Shown piece after piece: positions 12,029 through 24,499 of a stretch of DNA of 64,000 nucleotides. Each line of letters opens with the position of its first letter. The stretch's first letter is position 1. The stretch spans positions 417,198,001-417,262,000 of the forward strand of contig OZ024740.1 in the NCBI GenBank assembly GCA_964016885.1, given 5' to 3'. A program made the position numbers and the translations under genes. The stretch is from Eledone cirrhosa. Taxonomy: Eukaryota. A model generated the notes under the pieces. It made no database searches, was not told where the DNA came from, and was given only the letters and a program-made list of their open reading frames with translations.

Positions 12029-12159
12029 CTGGTAGAAACTGTAAGATCTTCTCCAAATCCTGAGAAAGATCTCTCAGTGGTTGATAAGTGACATTTTCAG
12101 AATCACTTAGTTCTTCTTGTTCCTGTAATTGCTCTATAAGAGCCACACCAAAATAGTAC
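12029..12159 (-). CDS. Host gene exon B (131 nt): end of repeat 1, linker and start of repeat 2
   Basis: Preceded by U12 branch point TCCTTAAC (plus-strand gttaagga 12171-12178) and an AC acceptor 11 nt downstream. Joins exon A in frame (AA|G = K): YYFGVALIEQLQEQEELSDSENVTYQPLRDLSQDLEKILQFLP. Ends CCAG|GTACC (phase 1). Confidence 0.85.
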
Positions 12160-12446
12160 GTTGTCAGCACGTTAAGGAGAATTAGATCAATAATCAATAA
12201 AAACAAAACAAAACAAAACAAACAAAAATTCAATAAAACAAGAATCAGAAAGGAGGGTTTTTGATATTTCAAACAAATAAAAACCCATAAAAAACAACCC
12301 CAGCTATCAATAATCGTCTTGATTCTTCTGTGACTTTCTTCAGTCATGTAACCCATTGTGTTTGACGATTGTTTTTTTACAAGTTTCAAATCCATTCATC
12401 ATCATCATCATCGTTTAACGTCCATCTTCCACGCTAGCATGGGCTA

Positions 12447-13343
12447 GGCAGTTGTTTCTTACAATAGTTTCTAACCCATTGTGTTTGGCAGTTGTTTCTT
12501 ACAATAGTTTCTAACCCATTGTGTTTGGAAGTTGTTTCTTACAATAGTTTCTAACCCACTGTGTTTGGCAGTTGTTTCTTACAATAGTTTCTAACCCATT
12601 GTGTTTGGCAGTTGTTTCTTACAATAGTTTCTAACCCATTGTGTTTGGAAGTTGTTTCTTACAATAGTTTCTAACCCATTGTGTTTGGAAGTTGTTTCTT
12701 ATAATAGTTTCTAACCCATTGTGTTTGGCAGTTGTTTCTTACAATAGTTTCTAACCCACTGTGTTTGGAAGTTGTTTCTTACAATAGTTTCTAACCCATT
12801 GTGTTTGGAAGTTGTTTCTTACAATAGTTTCTAACCCATTGTGTTTGGCAGTTGTTTCTTACAATAGTTTCTAACCCATTGTGTTTGGAAGTTGTTTCTT
12901 ACAATAGTTTCTAACCCACTGTGTTTGGCAGTTGTTTCTTACAATAGTTTCTAACCCATTGTGTTTGGCAGTTGTTTCTTACAATAGTTTCTAACCCATT
13001 GTGTTTGGAAGTTGTTTCTTACAATAGTTTCTAACCCACCGTGTTTGGCAGTTGTTTCTTACAATAGTTTCTAACCCATTGTGTTTGGAAGTTGTTTCTT
13101 ACAATAGTTTCTAACCCACTGTGTTTGGCAATTGTTTTTTACAATAGTTTCTAACCCACTGTGTTTGGAAGTTGTTTCTTACAATAGTTTCTAACCCACT
13201 GTGTTTGGCAGTTGTTTCTTACAATAGTTTCTAACCCATTGTGTTTGGCAATTGTTTCTTACAATAGTTTCTAACCCACTGTGTTTAGAAGTTGTTTCTT
13301 ACAATAGTTTCTAACCCATTGTGTTTGGCAATTGTTTTTTACA
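12447..13343. repeat. 40-bp minisatellite, ~22 copies
   Basis: ggcagttgtttcttacaatagtttctaacccattgtgttt repeated head-to-tail. Confidence 0.95.
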
Positions 13344-13346
13344 AAT

Positions 13347-13513
13347 GTTTCTTGTGATTACAACACTAAAGTAAGATCAACCACCTATCATACCTGTAGA
13401 ATTTCTTGTGATTACAACACTAAAGTAAGATCAACCACCTATCATACCTGTAGAGTTTCTTGTGATTACAACACTAAAATAAAATCAACAACTTATCATA
13501 CCTGTAGAATTTC
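13347..13513. repeat. 54-bp tandem repeat x3
   Basis: tttcttgtgattacaacactaaagtaagatcaaccacctatcatacctgtaga at 13348, 13402 and 13456. Confidence 0.9.
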
Positions 13514-13604
13514 CTATCATGTTTTGAATACAAACTATTTCAAAGAATGAACTATGAACAATGTGTGTTGTTGAATATTGAGTTCAAACCTTAAACTTCT
13601 CTAT

Positions 13605-13651
13605 AGGTAGTAGTGGTTATAGTAGTAGTAGTAGCAGCAGTTGTAATAGTG

Positions 13652-13705
<54 letters not shown>

Positions 13706-13833
13706 ATGGCGGTGGTAGCAGTAGTAGTGGTGGTGGTGGTAGTAGTGGTAGTAGTAGTAGTAGTAGTGTGATGGTGGTAATGGTAGTAGTTGTGGTAGTA
13801 ATATTAGTAATAGTGGTGGTAGTAGTAGTAGTA
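13605..13833. repeat. (TAG/TGG)n microsatellite
   Basis: Direct reading. Confidence 0.9.
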
Positions 13834-14455
13834 TTCGTAATTCTAAGTGAGCAAATGTTATTTAAAAGTGAGGAGACCTTGCTACTTCAAAGTAAGATTT
13901 AAGGACTTCAAAATGAGAAATAACCACTTGAAAACAAAGACAGAGATTTTCAAAATGGGATTAACACAGAAAAATATATTTAATAGTAAATGTAACACCA
14001 AAGCACCGTTATAACACTTGTAATGTCTACAACACAAACTAGCTGGGTTAAGTAAAAGCTTTCATCAGCTACTTTTGGGTCTTGACTAATCCCCCCCCCC
14101 CCCACACCTGCTTATAAATTTTTCAGGTTTTTTCTACACCTTCTCCTGCTCTTATTCCACCCCATCCACCACCGCTTATTAAATTTTTTGTTAATCTATC
14201 TCCATCGAAATTTTATTTTAAGTCGTAACATATCTGTGACAATTAATTTTCTTTATACATTAAAAACACATTATACATGACAAAGCACATAGGTTGCCCT
14301 GGTAATATATATTTTTAGACGGAATGTCATGTTTAAGGTAGTTATATCTTATTTAATTCTGAAGATTCCTAATATTGAGAGTTTAATATTGAAGATGAAA
14401 CATATGTAAATTCAAATATGATATAGTTAGCAGTGTTTGGTTTTATTTTTCAAAG

Positions 14456-14493
<38 letters not shown>

Positions 14494-14535
14494 AAACACT
14501 GGAAGGTAATATCTGTAGCGATAGAGTACTCAGTC

Positions 14536-14828
14536 CAGTTAGTTCACCATACCGAGAACAATTGATTCACCTTATGCAGATCTTCAGCTCGGACTGGTAA
14601 TGGTTATACGGAACAGGAAGAACTGTATGAATGCGCATGCGCAGAAACGTATCTCTACAAAGCTCCGGATTGAATAACAACATTCTAATTTCCTAATCAA
14701 CTCGGACATTTTAATCCGAGCACTCGCAGTTATCTCCCTTACACTTTTCGTTCGTATATACCATTACCAGTCCGAGCTGAAGATCCACATAAGGTGAAAC
14801 AATTGTTCTCGGTATGGTGAACTAACTG
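14536..14828. mobile_element. Inverted-repeat element (~75-bp arms), Penelope-like
   Basis: cagttagttcaccataccgag...ggtaatgg mirrored by ccattacc...ctcggtatggtgaactaactg. Confidence 0.7.
14772..14812 (+). ncRNA. Minimal type I hammerhead ribozyme motif
   Basis: CCGAG-CTGAAGA-tccacataaggt-GAAA-CAATTG-TT|CTCGG. The inverted copy at 14552-14592 has GAAA changed to GAAT. Confidence 0.65.
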
Positions 14829-14928
14829 TTGTGTTACTACTTACATATATATATATATATATATATATCATCATCATCATCATCATCATCGTTTAACGTC
14901 TATCTTCCACGCTAGCATGGGTTAGACG

Positions 14929-15256
14929 GGCTTAGTGGTTAGAGCATTGGGCTTGCAATCGAAAGGTTGTGAGTTCAATTCTCAGACTGGATGATGTGTT
15001 GTTTACTTGAGCAAGACACTTTATTTAACATTGCTCCAGTTTACTCAGCTGTAGAAATGAGATGACAGGGACTGGGGTCCATATCATTCCACTGCAAAGT
15101 GGTCGTGGAGGTGCCACGGCAAAAAAGCACCCAGCATTCACTGTAAATGAGGTTGGTGTTAGGAAGGGCATCCAGCTGTAGAAATCAAGCCAGAATCAGT
15201 TCCCGTCCCACCCTTGCAAGCAGGGAAAAAGCGGACGTAAAATGAAATGAAATGAA
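14929..15256 (+). mobile_element. tRNA-derived SINE, family 2 (tRNA head + CORE-like body + RTE-derived parts)
   Basis: A-box-like TAGTGGTTAG, B-box GAGTTCAATTC, ttgagcaagacactt body, gttaggaagggcatcc motif, and a 3' end almost identical to the RTE LINE end at 8281-8317. Confidence 0.8.
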
Positions 15257-15575
15257 TATATATAATTGGGCCAGAAATGAAGTGCAGAGTCATATATGAA
15301 ACTATATATATTATTTATAGATCATTTATACAATGTTAAAGATAACGTCAAGGGACAATAGATAGTGTCAAATCAAATATCAGGCTTAAAAGTTTAATTT
15401 GTGTCATTCATAGAGAAATGAATGACACAAAAGCAGATAGCCACATCTGGTTTGATACACAGCTACACAACTAACAGATGCATACACACACTTATGTAGA
15501 CATACATGTATACATCATCATCATCATCATCATCATCATCGTTTTACGTCCGTTCTTCCACGCTAGCATGGGTTA

Positions 15576-15633
<58 letters not shown>

Positions 15634-16421
15634 GGAACCTATAAGACCCCGACAGCTGAGCTCAAGCCGTTTCGACGGCTAATTCTGGACATATAATTCT
15701 GTATATATATATATATATATTATCATCATCATCATCATCACCGTTTTACGTCCGTTCTTCCATGCTAGCATGGGTTAGACGGGTTGTCCTGTTGTGGGCA
15801 GTGTCTGGTCGGCTGACCATGCCTTGCTCATACAGGAACTGATTCTGGCTTGATTTCTACAGCTGGATGCCCTTCCTAACACCAACCTCATTTACAGTGA
15901 GGGCTGGGTGCTTTTTTGCCGTGGCACTTCCACGACCACCTTGCAGTGGGAGGGTGTGGGGGCATATTGTCTATATATATATATATATATGTATGTATAT
16001 ATATAGGGAAAAGCGGATGTAAAATGATGATGATGATGATGATATATATACATACATATATATATATACGTGTATATACATACACACACACACATACATG
16101 CATATATCATCATTATCATTTAACGTTTGTGTATGTAAATATATATACACATATAGATATACATATATATATATATACACACATATATATACACAGACAT
16201 ATCATCATCATTTAAACACATAAAATAATGGTGGTGGTGGTGTGTGTGTAAAATGTAGATATATATATAACTCATATACAACATACATTATTACACAAAT
16301 CTATATTGTAGACATTATATTTATGGTATCTCTTCATTTTATTTTTAGCCTTAATATAAATGAATATACATATCATCATCATCATCACCGTTTTACATGA
16401 TGACACAGCAAAAGCGCTCAC

Positions 16422-16625
16422 CTCACTGTAAAGAGGTTGTGCTGGTGACATGACAAAAAGCACTCAGTACTCACTGTAAAGTGGTTGTGCTGGTGACACG
16501 ACAAAAAGCACCCTGTACTCACTGTAAAGTGGTTGTGCTGGTGACACGACAAAAAGCACCCAGTTCTCACTGTAAAGTGGTTGTGCTGGTGACACGACAA
16601 AAAGCATCCAGTACTCACTGTAAAT
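16422..16625 (+). repeat. 48-bp tandem repeat x4 inside a SINE
   Basis: tcactgtaaagtggttgtgctggtgacacgacaaaaagcacccagtac units, followed by gttaggaagggcattc and the SINE tail. Confidence 0.85.
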
Positions 16626-16854
16626 GAGGTTAGTGTTAGGAAGGGCATTCAGCTGTAGAAACCAAGCCCAAATTACTTGTGTATGTGCAAGACATGGTCA
16701 CCTGACCTAGCATTGCCCACAACAGGACAACCCATCTAACCCATGGTAGCATGGAAAAAACGATGTAATACGGTGATGATGGTACATATATACACACACA
16801 TATATATATATATATACACCACATGTATACATATACATATATGTATACACATGC

Positions 16855-16886
<32 letters not shown>

Positions 16887-16934
16887 ACATGCATACATAT
16901 ATATATATACACATACATTTGTACATATATGTAT

Positions 16935-16966
<32 letters not shown>

Positions 16967-17935
16967 CATATTGAAATATAGTAGGTAAAACCTTACGTTG
17001 TTTTGTTTTATTTCTCATCCTTTACCCTTTATATATTTCTACCACATTATACCGGCTTTTTGAAACTGTACAGTCATTGTTAAAATAATCTTAACAAATA
17101 AAAATGGCTGACATGCTAAAGGCTTTAAAAGCAGGATAAAGTCAGTGATGTCTTCATTTATTCTACAACATTGTTCCAAGCATGTTATCTCTTACAAGTA
17201 ATGGAGTTTGATTCTGTTACCATGTTTGTGAAGAGGGAATGAACACCATTGACAAACAAAAGATTTTACAGAGTGTCAATTCTAGTTAAAAGGCAGCAAA
17301 ATTACACAAGAATTTAGTATTGGAAAACTCATAAAAGATTAGTAAACATGCTTTTTCACATAATTATGTTCAGTATGGTTTCTTTTATTTATGATCAAAT
17401 CAGTTCTCTGAACAGATCAAATAAAATATACCTCAGCTATCTTGCTTGGATAATCAAACTGCAACTTGTTTGTAATATACAATATTATATGCATATGTAA
17501 TATATATATATATATATATCCAGCTGTAAAAATCCCAGCCAAAATACAGTTTCGTTTGAGCAAGGTATGGCATGGCCAGACTTAGCTCAGGACCTGGGCA
17601 ACCAGGCTAACCCATGTAAGCATGGAAAAATAGGCATTAAACAATGATGATGTTGATGATAGACATACAAGCACAAACTTGCTATCTTATAGATAGCAAG
17701 TTTGTCTTGTTACATAGATGTATATGGTGTGATAGCAAAACAGAAATAGATAGAATACACACGTGTATGATTGTATATACAAATATAGTAAAGAAGTGAT
17801 CACTGACTGGGTAGGTGGATTAGGTTTCGAATTAGTGCTCAACTGAAGGAGCTGAGTTATATATAAAGTCTGTGTTCTGAGATCAGGTAGTACCATTGTA
17901 AATCAGGGTAGTACTCTATGCATGGTTAGAAGTGT

Positions 17936-18533
17936 CTTCCTACCACACTGTCTCACTTCCTACCACACTGTCTCACTTATTATCATACTGTTTCACTTCC
18001 TACCGCACTGTCTCACTTCCTACCACACTGTCTCACTTCCTAACTTCCTACCAGTCTCATTTCCTACCAGACTGTCTCACTTCCTAACTTCCTATCACAC
18101 TGTCTCGCTTCCTATCACACTGTCTCACTTCCTAACTTCCTATCACACTGTCTCACTTCCGACCAGACTGTCTCACTTCCTACCAGACTGTCTCACTTCC
18201 GACCAGACTATCTCACTTCCTACCACACTGTCTCACTTCCTAACTTCCTATCACACTGTCTCACTCCCGACCAGACTGTCTCACTTCCTACCAGACTGTC
18301 TCACTTCCGACCAGACTGTCTTACTTCCTATCACACTGTCTCACTTCCGACCAGACTGTCTTACTTCCTATCACACTGTCTCACTTCCTAACTTCCTATC
18401 ACACTGTCTCACTTCCGACCAGACTGTCTCACTTCCTATCACAGTCTCACTTCCTACCAGACTGTCTCACTTCCTATCACACTGTCTCACTTCCTACCAG
18501 ACTGTCTCACTTCCTATCACACTGTCTCACTTT
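17936..18533. repeat. 20-bp minisatellite
   Basis: cttcctaccacactgtctca and variants. Confidence 0.95.
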
Positions 18534-18574
18534 TCCTTCATAATATTGCCCAGACTATTGTTTATACAATCTCT

Positions 18575-19073
18575 TTACTTGTATCTATCACTCTCCTCTA
18601 TCACCTTCCCACTCTTATATCTGTCTATCACTCCCATTCTCTTCCTTTACTCTCTCTCTCTCCTCTATCACCTCTCTCTTGTATCTATCTTTCTCTCTCT
18701 TCTCTCACCTTCCCACTCTTATATCTGTCTATCTCTCTCTCTTCTATCACCTTCCCTCTCTTATATCTCTCTCTCTTCTATCACCTTCCTTCTCTTATAT
18801 CTCTCTTCTCTCACCTTCCCTCTCTTATATCTCTCTCTTCTCTCATCTTCCCTCTCTTATATCTCTCTCTTCTCTCATCTTCCCTCTTATATCTCTCTCT
18901 TCTCTCACCTTCCCACTTTTATATCTGTCTATCTCTCTCTTCTCTCACCTTCTCTCTCTTATATCTCTCTTCTCTCATCTTCCCTCTCTTATATCTCTCT
19001 CTTCTCTCACCTTCCCTCTTATATCTGTCTATCTCTCCCATTCTCTCCCTTTACTCTCTCTCTCCCCTCTCTC
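18575..19073. repeat. CT-rich minisatellite
   Basis: ctctcttatatctctctcttctctcaccttcc-type units. Confidence 0.85.
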
Positions 19074-19312
19074 ACCTTCCTACTCTGTCTCTCTAGTTAG
19101 ATATTCTTCTAAAGTTAGATATACTAAGACATTATAGTAAAACTTCAACATGCTATCAAATGGCTAATATCTCTTGGCTTCTCCAATCAATACTTGTATT
19201 AATTACTAACAGCTGATTCTTAGTTGTTTTTTTTTTACTTTCTTTTAACTCCTTCTTCAACAAGCTATAGAATTTTCTTTTGTTCTGTTTTTCGTATATT
19301 TGTATATTTATA

Positions 19313-19390
19313 CAGGGTGTCCCAAAAAATGTATACACATATTTATTAGAATGCTGTTGAAGTGTGTTTACATTTTGGGGGTACATCCTC
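19313..19390. mobile_element. Tc1/mariner-type MITE (~80 bp)
   Basis: TA|CAGGGTGTCCCAAAAAATGTATACAC...GTGTTTACATTTTGGGGTACATCCTC|TA. Confidence 0.6.
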
Positions 19391-20135
19391 TATTTATATT
19401 TGTATTTTCCACATGCACTTAGTTGGCAAAATAAAACTATAAATAGGAGAAGATTATCTATTTTGCTAGGCATTGGCTCTTGTAGAGAAATTGAGTGATA
19501 AAAACCAAATGAGATATATTAGAAAGCTATGGGTTTCTAAAATGGATAGCTCAAATAAAAAGTAAGAAGAATTAATTGTTGCCATTTGTATGCACCATTA
19601 AACTGCATTTAGAAAATTCTAGAATGTATCATGTGAAATACACCAATGAATCATCATCATCACCATTTAACATCCATTTTTTCAAGCTAGCATGGGTTAG
19701 ATGAGTTGTCCTGTTGTGAGACAAGTCAAATCAGATGACTAGTTTCTATGACTGAATGCCCTTCCTAATGCCAACAAAATTTACAGCATGGACTGAGCGC
19801 ATTTTGTCATGTCACCAACATGTCACTAACATGACCATTTTGCAGTGTGGACTGCGTACTTTTTATTGTGACACCAAAATGATCCCTTTACAGTTTTGCT
19901 CATAAAATCTGTCCAGCAATTCTTTCCTGAAACATTCTAACCACATGTCCATAATATCAGAGCTGCGATCTCTCAATTTAGAGAAGTAGCAGCTCTACCT
20001 CTAGAGATCTTGAGATCCAAATCAGATCACAAGTTTCCAGGAATATTTAATTAGCCATACTGAGTATAACTATAAGTCAAAAACAAATATTGCAAACCAT
20101 TTTGTCTTTTATATCAAACAATCAAGTTCCCTTAA

Positions 20136-21341
20136 CTGGTACAGCCAGTCATTGGGGTGCCACACTAGATGTGCCACTGGTGTAGCCAGTTGTTGGGGTG
20201 CCACACTAGATGTGCCACTGGTGCAGCCAGTTGTTGGGGTGTCACACTAGATGTGCCACTGGTGTAGCCAGTCGTTGGGGTGTCACACTAGATGTGCCAC
20301 TGGTACAGCCAGTTGTTGGGGTGTCACTGGTGTAGCCAGTTGTTGGGGTGTCACACTAGATGTGCCACTGGTGTAGCTAGTTGTTGGGGTGTCACACTAG
20401 ATGTGCCACAGGTGTAGCCAGTCATTGGGGTGTCACACTAGATGTGCCACTGGTGCACCCAGTTGTTGGGGTGCCACTCTAGATGTGCCACTGGTGCAGC
20501 CAGTTGTTGGGTGCCACACTAGATGTGCCACTGGTGCAGCCAGTTGTTGGGGTTCCACACTAGATGTGCCACTGGTGCAGCCAGTTGTTGGGTGACACAC
20601 TAGATGTGCCACTGGTACAGCCAGTTGTTGGGTGACACACTAGACGTGCCACTGGTGTAGCCAGTTGTTGGGGTGTCACACTAGATGTGCCACTGGTGTA
20701 GCCAGTTGTTGGGGTGTCACACTAGATGTGCCACTGGTGTAGCCAGTTGTTGGGGTGTCACACTAGATGTGCCACTGGTGCAGCCAGTTGTTTGGGTGCC
20801 ACTCTAGATGTGCCACTGGTACAGCCAGTCATTGGGGTGCCACACTAGATGTGCCATTGGTGCAGCCAGTTGTTGGAGTGCCACACTAGATGTGCCACTG
20901 GTGCAGCCAGTTGTTTGGGTTCCACACTAGATGTGCCACTGGTGCAGCCAGTTGTTGGTGTGTCATACTAGATGTGCAACTGGTACAGCCAGTTGTTGGG
21001 GTGTCACACTAGATGTGCCACTGGTGTAGCCAGTCGTTGGGGTGCCCCACTAGATGTGCCACTGGTACAGCCAGTCATTGGGGTGCCACTGGTACAGCCA
21101 GTCATTGGGGTGCCACTGGTACAGCCAGTCATTGGGGTGCCACTGGTACAGCCAGTCATTGGGGTGCCACACTAGATGTGCCACTGGTGCAGCCAGTTGT
21201 TGGTGTGCCATACTAGATGTGCCACTGGTGCAGCCAGTTGTTGGGGTGCCACTCTAGATGTGCCACTGGTGCACCCAGTTGTTGGGGTGCCACTCTAGAT
21301 GTGCCACTGGTGCACTCAGTCATTGGAGTGCCACTCTAGAT
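20136..21341. repeat. 41-bp GC-rich minisatellite (~30 units, with 27-bp deletion variants)
   Basis: ctggtgtagccagttgttggggtgccacactagatgtgcca. Confidence 0.95.
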
Positions 21342-21547
21342 ATTTGACTGTGCTCATCATGGCATTTAAGAGGGTCTTAGGAATTTGAATTACTGAAGAA
21401 CTTGTAAAAACATTAAATGAAAGAAGTATTACCAACATCAATATGATATCTTTTGTTTACAGTGATCAGTCTATCTGTTGATCTCAACTGCTCATTTAAA
21501 AAGTGTTAAAACAATTTTAAAATAAAAAAAATTACTGGTTATTTCAA

Positions 21548-21736
21548 CCACCAGGAGACCCCAGGAGTAGACCCTGAGCAACATGGTTGGACAACATCCA
21601 TGAGCTTGGCTGGTCTCACTTGAGGATCCAGCAGGATCAGTTGGAAACAGTTGATTTCAACAGGACCGGCTGGAAAGAGTGTTTGAGGACTCTGCCCTCA
21701 CGACCCTCTCAGGAAAACGTGGGCGAAGAAGAAGAA
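21548..21736 (+). mobile_element. RTE (Rex3/Expander-like) LINE 3' fragment
   Basis: RP*ATWLDNIHELGWSHLRIQQDQLE...WKECLRTLPSRP, then (GAA)n. Confidence 0.6.
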
Positions 21737-22165
21737 AAATTACTGATTCGTTCAAGGATCAAAAATCATAGCAAAAGCAGTGATGTCTTCATTCATGCTA
21801 CGATTTTCTTCTAAGTAAATATTTGTTACCATTGAGGCTGTTTCTGTTACTATGTCTGTGAAGATATAGTGAACACTATTAACAAATTTGAGCACAAAAG
21901 TGAGATTTTACAGTGTATGGCATTGTGCAAGTGCTCTGAAGTCTCCGACTTTTAGCTTTGATTCTCTCACTGAGAAATCATAGAGCTGCATGATCATCAT
22001 ATTATATATCGATGTCTATATATATAGGGAATGTAATGTGCAGTTACTGTAGGTTCACCCGAGTGAACACTCGATGCGTAGTTTCCAGTCTGTAACGAGG
22101 TGTAGAACTAAGCAGAGTGTAATTATAATAAAAGGACGATTTGTTATATCTTCATTACGTTTATT

Positions 22166-22258
22166 GAGTAGTGACACGTGTTTCGCTATTGATCAGCTCA
22201 AGGTTCGATCTGTATCGATCTAGCCTGACTCTGGAATCAAAAGCTCGTCGGACCTCTG
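22166..22258 (-). ncRNA. Degenerate hammerhead motif of a related element
   Basis: CCGACGA-gcttttgat...atcaatagc-GAAA-CACGTG-TC; stem II is homologous to 22427-22518, while the core and stem I are mutated. Confidence 0.45.
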
Positions 22259-22322
22259 CTGTGATAATTTTCTTACTCCCACAACTGTGTCTATTCTACT
22301 CAATAAGCTTCGTCCCATAATT

Positions 22323-22380
<58 letters not shown>

Positions 22381-22426
22381 TATAAGGATAAGGAACAAGG
22401 ATTCAGTGTTGCATCATAATATATTT

Positions 22427-22518
22427 AACATATTACATATGTTTCTCTATCGCTCAGCTCGAGGCAAGATCTATTATAGATCAAACCTGACTCTAATCAA
22501 AAGGTCGTCAGATATGTT
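22427..22518 (-). ncRNA. Type I hammerhead ribozyme motif with extended stem II
   Basis: AACATAT-CTGACGA-(~60 nt stem II region)-GAAA-CATATG-TA|ATATGTT. Confidence 0.7.
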
Positions 22519-22553
22519 TAGTATATGAGTTTGTCTCCAATTCTCATGTACTA

Positions 22554-22647
22554 AGCATATCTGATGACCTTTCGATTACAGAGTCAGGTTCGATCTATAA
22601 TAGATCTTGCCTCGAGCTGATCAATAGAGAAACACATGCAATATGTT
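22554..22647 (+). ncRNA. Hammerhead motif, inverted and probably inactive copy
   Basis: AGCATAT-CTGATGA-...-GAAA-CACATG-CA|ATATGTT; the U of the cleavage triplet is mutated. Confidence 0.5.
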
Positions 22648-22783
22648 AAATATATTATAGTATTATACTCTGCTCTGCGCAAGCATAGAGTGCTCAACCG
22701 GCATACCGCCTACGGACGCATTTTTCATGCAAACAAACAACTATATATATATATATATATATTTATATATTTATATATATTTA

Positions 22784-22834
<51 letters not shown>

Positions 22835-23744
22835 TTTATTATGGTTAGGTAATGAGTCTTGTTATTCTGGAGTTTCACCTGTGTACTCACAGGGTCATCA
22901 CATAAGTCTTGTTTAATAATCCTTTGAGCAAAGGTGAAACTCCTGAGTAACAAGACACATCACAGTGTATGGATCATGGAGAAAAAGAATCAACAATTGT
23001 CACAGGTGTACAATATTGGAAAACTTATAAATCTTTGTAAACATGTTTTTGTGAATATTTATGTAATTAGGTTCAATAAGGCTTCTTTTGTTTATGATGA
23101 GATCATTTATCCAAACAATCGGTTATTTGAACAATGAAATATTACACACATCTCGTTTAGATAATCAAGGTATGGCTGTAAAGTAAATGAAAATATCAAC
23201 AGTCTGTAGCTATTACATAAAAGATATGTATATGCATACATGGAATAAATTGGATGGACTGATGTTAGATGCACCCACCACCCAGTTAAAGATACATTAT
23301 ATGGGTAATTATCCACCCCACAATACACCACAGTTGTGCAATATAATTTCAATGTGTAGGCACAAGTAAGAAATCTAAAGCTTTGTTGAGCATGTCAAAA
23401 CAAAATGGAGTCCTTGAATGTCTGCAAATATACCTACCTGAAGTGGACACAATACAGAAATATTTCTATCAGCATGAGACATGCAACAGGTTGCAGCAAT
23501 AAAGCAACAGATTGCAGCATTAAAGCAACAAAGGAATTTTTTAAAAACCTCATTTAGAGGGTTGAGGTGCAGCTGACCTAGATACAATAGACACAAAGCT
23601 ACATACTTTAATACACAAGGCCACTTAAATACTAAACATCCAGACTGTTGTCCTGTACATATGTAATATAAATTATACTTTTAAATATCTGGGGTCTTTC
23701 ATGACTAACAGAGTAACATCCACCTCCCCTCTTTATTCCTGATT

Positions 23745-23913
23745 CATCTGGCCACATGCATAGAGCGAACACCCCACTCTCTTTTCCTGATAGATCTGGT
23801 CACATGCATAGAACTAACACACCCCACTCTCTTTTCCTGATAGATCTGGCCACATGCATTGAACTAACACCTCACTCTCTTTTCCTGGCAGATCTGGCCA
23901 CATGCATTGAACT
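23745..23913. repeat. ~48-50-bp tandem repeat, ~3.5 copies
   Basis: atctggccacatgcatagaactaacaccccactctcttttcctgatag. Confidence 0.85.
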
Positions 23914-24104
23914 GACAAAAACATCTGACAGCAAATAGATTAGCACACATTAAAATATGTTTTTGTTACTGTGATACAAGAATAAGAAACCAAGATGGAA
24001 ATGTTATCTAATGCTGTTGGTACATTCAAACTCTGTGACACATTAATTGTGCATATAGAGCATAATTTAACATAGTTATATATACAAAAAAGCTAACTTT
24101 AAAG

Positions 24105-24474
24105 CTATGAACAATGCAGAACCCTTGAAAGGATCATGTTAAACATCACTTGGCGAGATTGAAAAACTGCGGAATGGATCTGAGAAAAAGATAAAAGTCC
24201 ACGACATTGCAGAAATCATTAACAAAGCAAAATGGAAGTGGGCAGGACACATTGCTAAAATGACTGACAACAGATGGACCACCTGTGTCACCTTCTGGAC
24301 CACACAAGGTCACACAAAAAACTGAGGCCACCAGAAGACCCGATGGTGAGACAACTTTGAGAAAATTGACAAATTTTGGCCACGAATGGCTCAAGATTGG
24401 GAAACATGGCACAGCTCAGGGAAGGCCTATGTCCAACAACAGACTCTCTAGGGATAAAGATGAGATGAGATGAT
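24105..24474 (+). mobile_element. Degenerate RTE LINE 3' fragment (another family)
   Basis: KAKWKWAGHIAKMTDNRWTT, with a (GATGA)n tail. Confidence 0.7.
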
Positions 24475-24499
24475 ATATACAAAATATCATCCACCAGAT

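Larger units (their letters stand above)
22416..22658. mobile_element. Fold-back element (~115-bp arms), Penelope-like
   Basis: The two arms are reverse complements around a short loop at ~22530-22542. Confidence 0.75.

Noticed and set aside
15635-15700. Further hammerhead candidates (here and ~6350-6380)
   Set aside because: Only a GAAA half is visible, with no CUGANGA box or stem I, so these are at most truncated relics.
17922-19137. 392-aa and 152-aa ORFs (also 5039-5672)
   Set aside because: Translations of 20-bp and CT-rich minisatellites.
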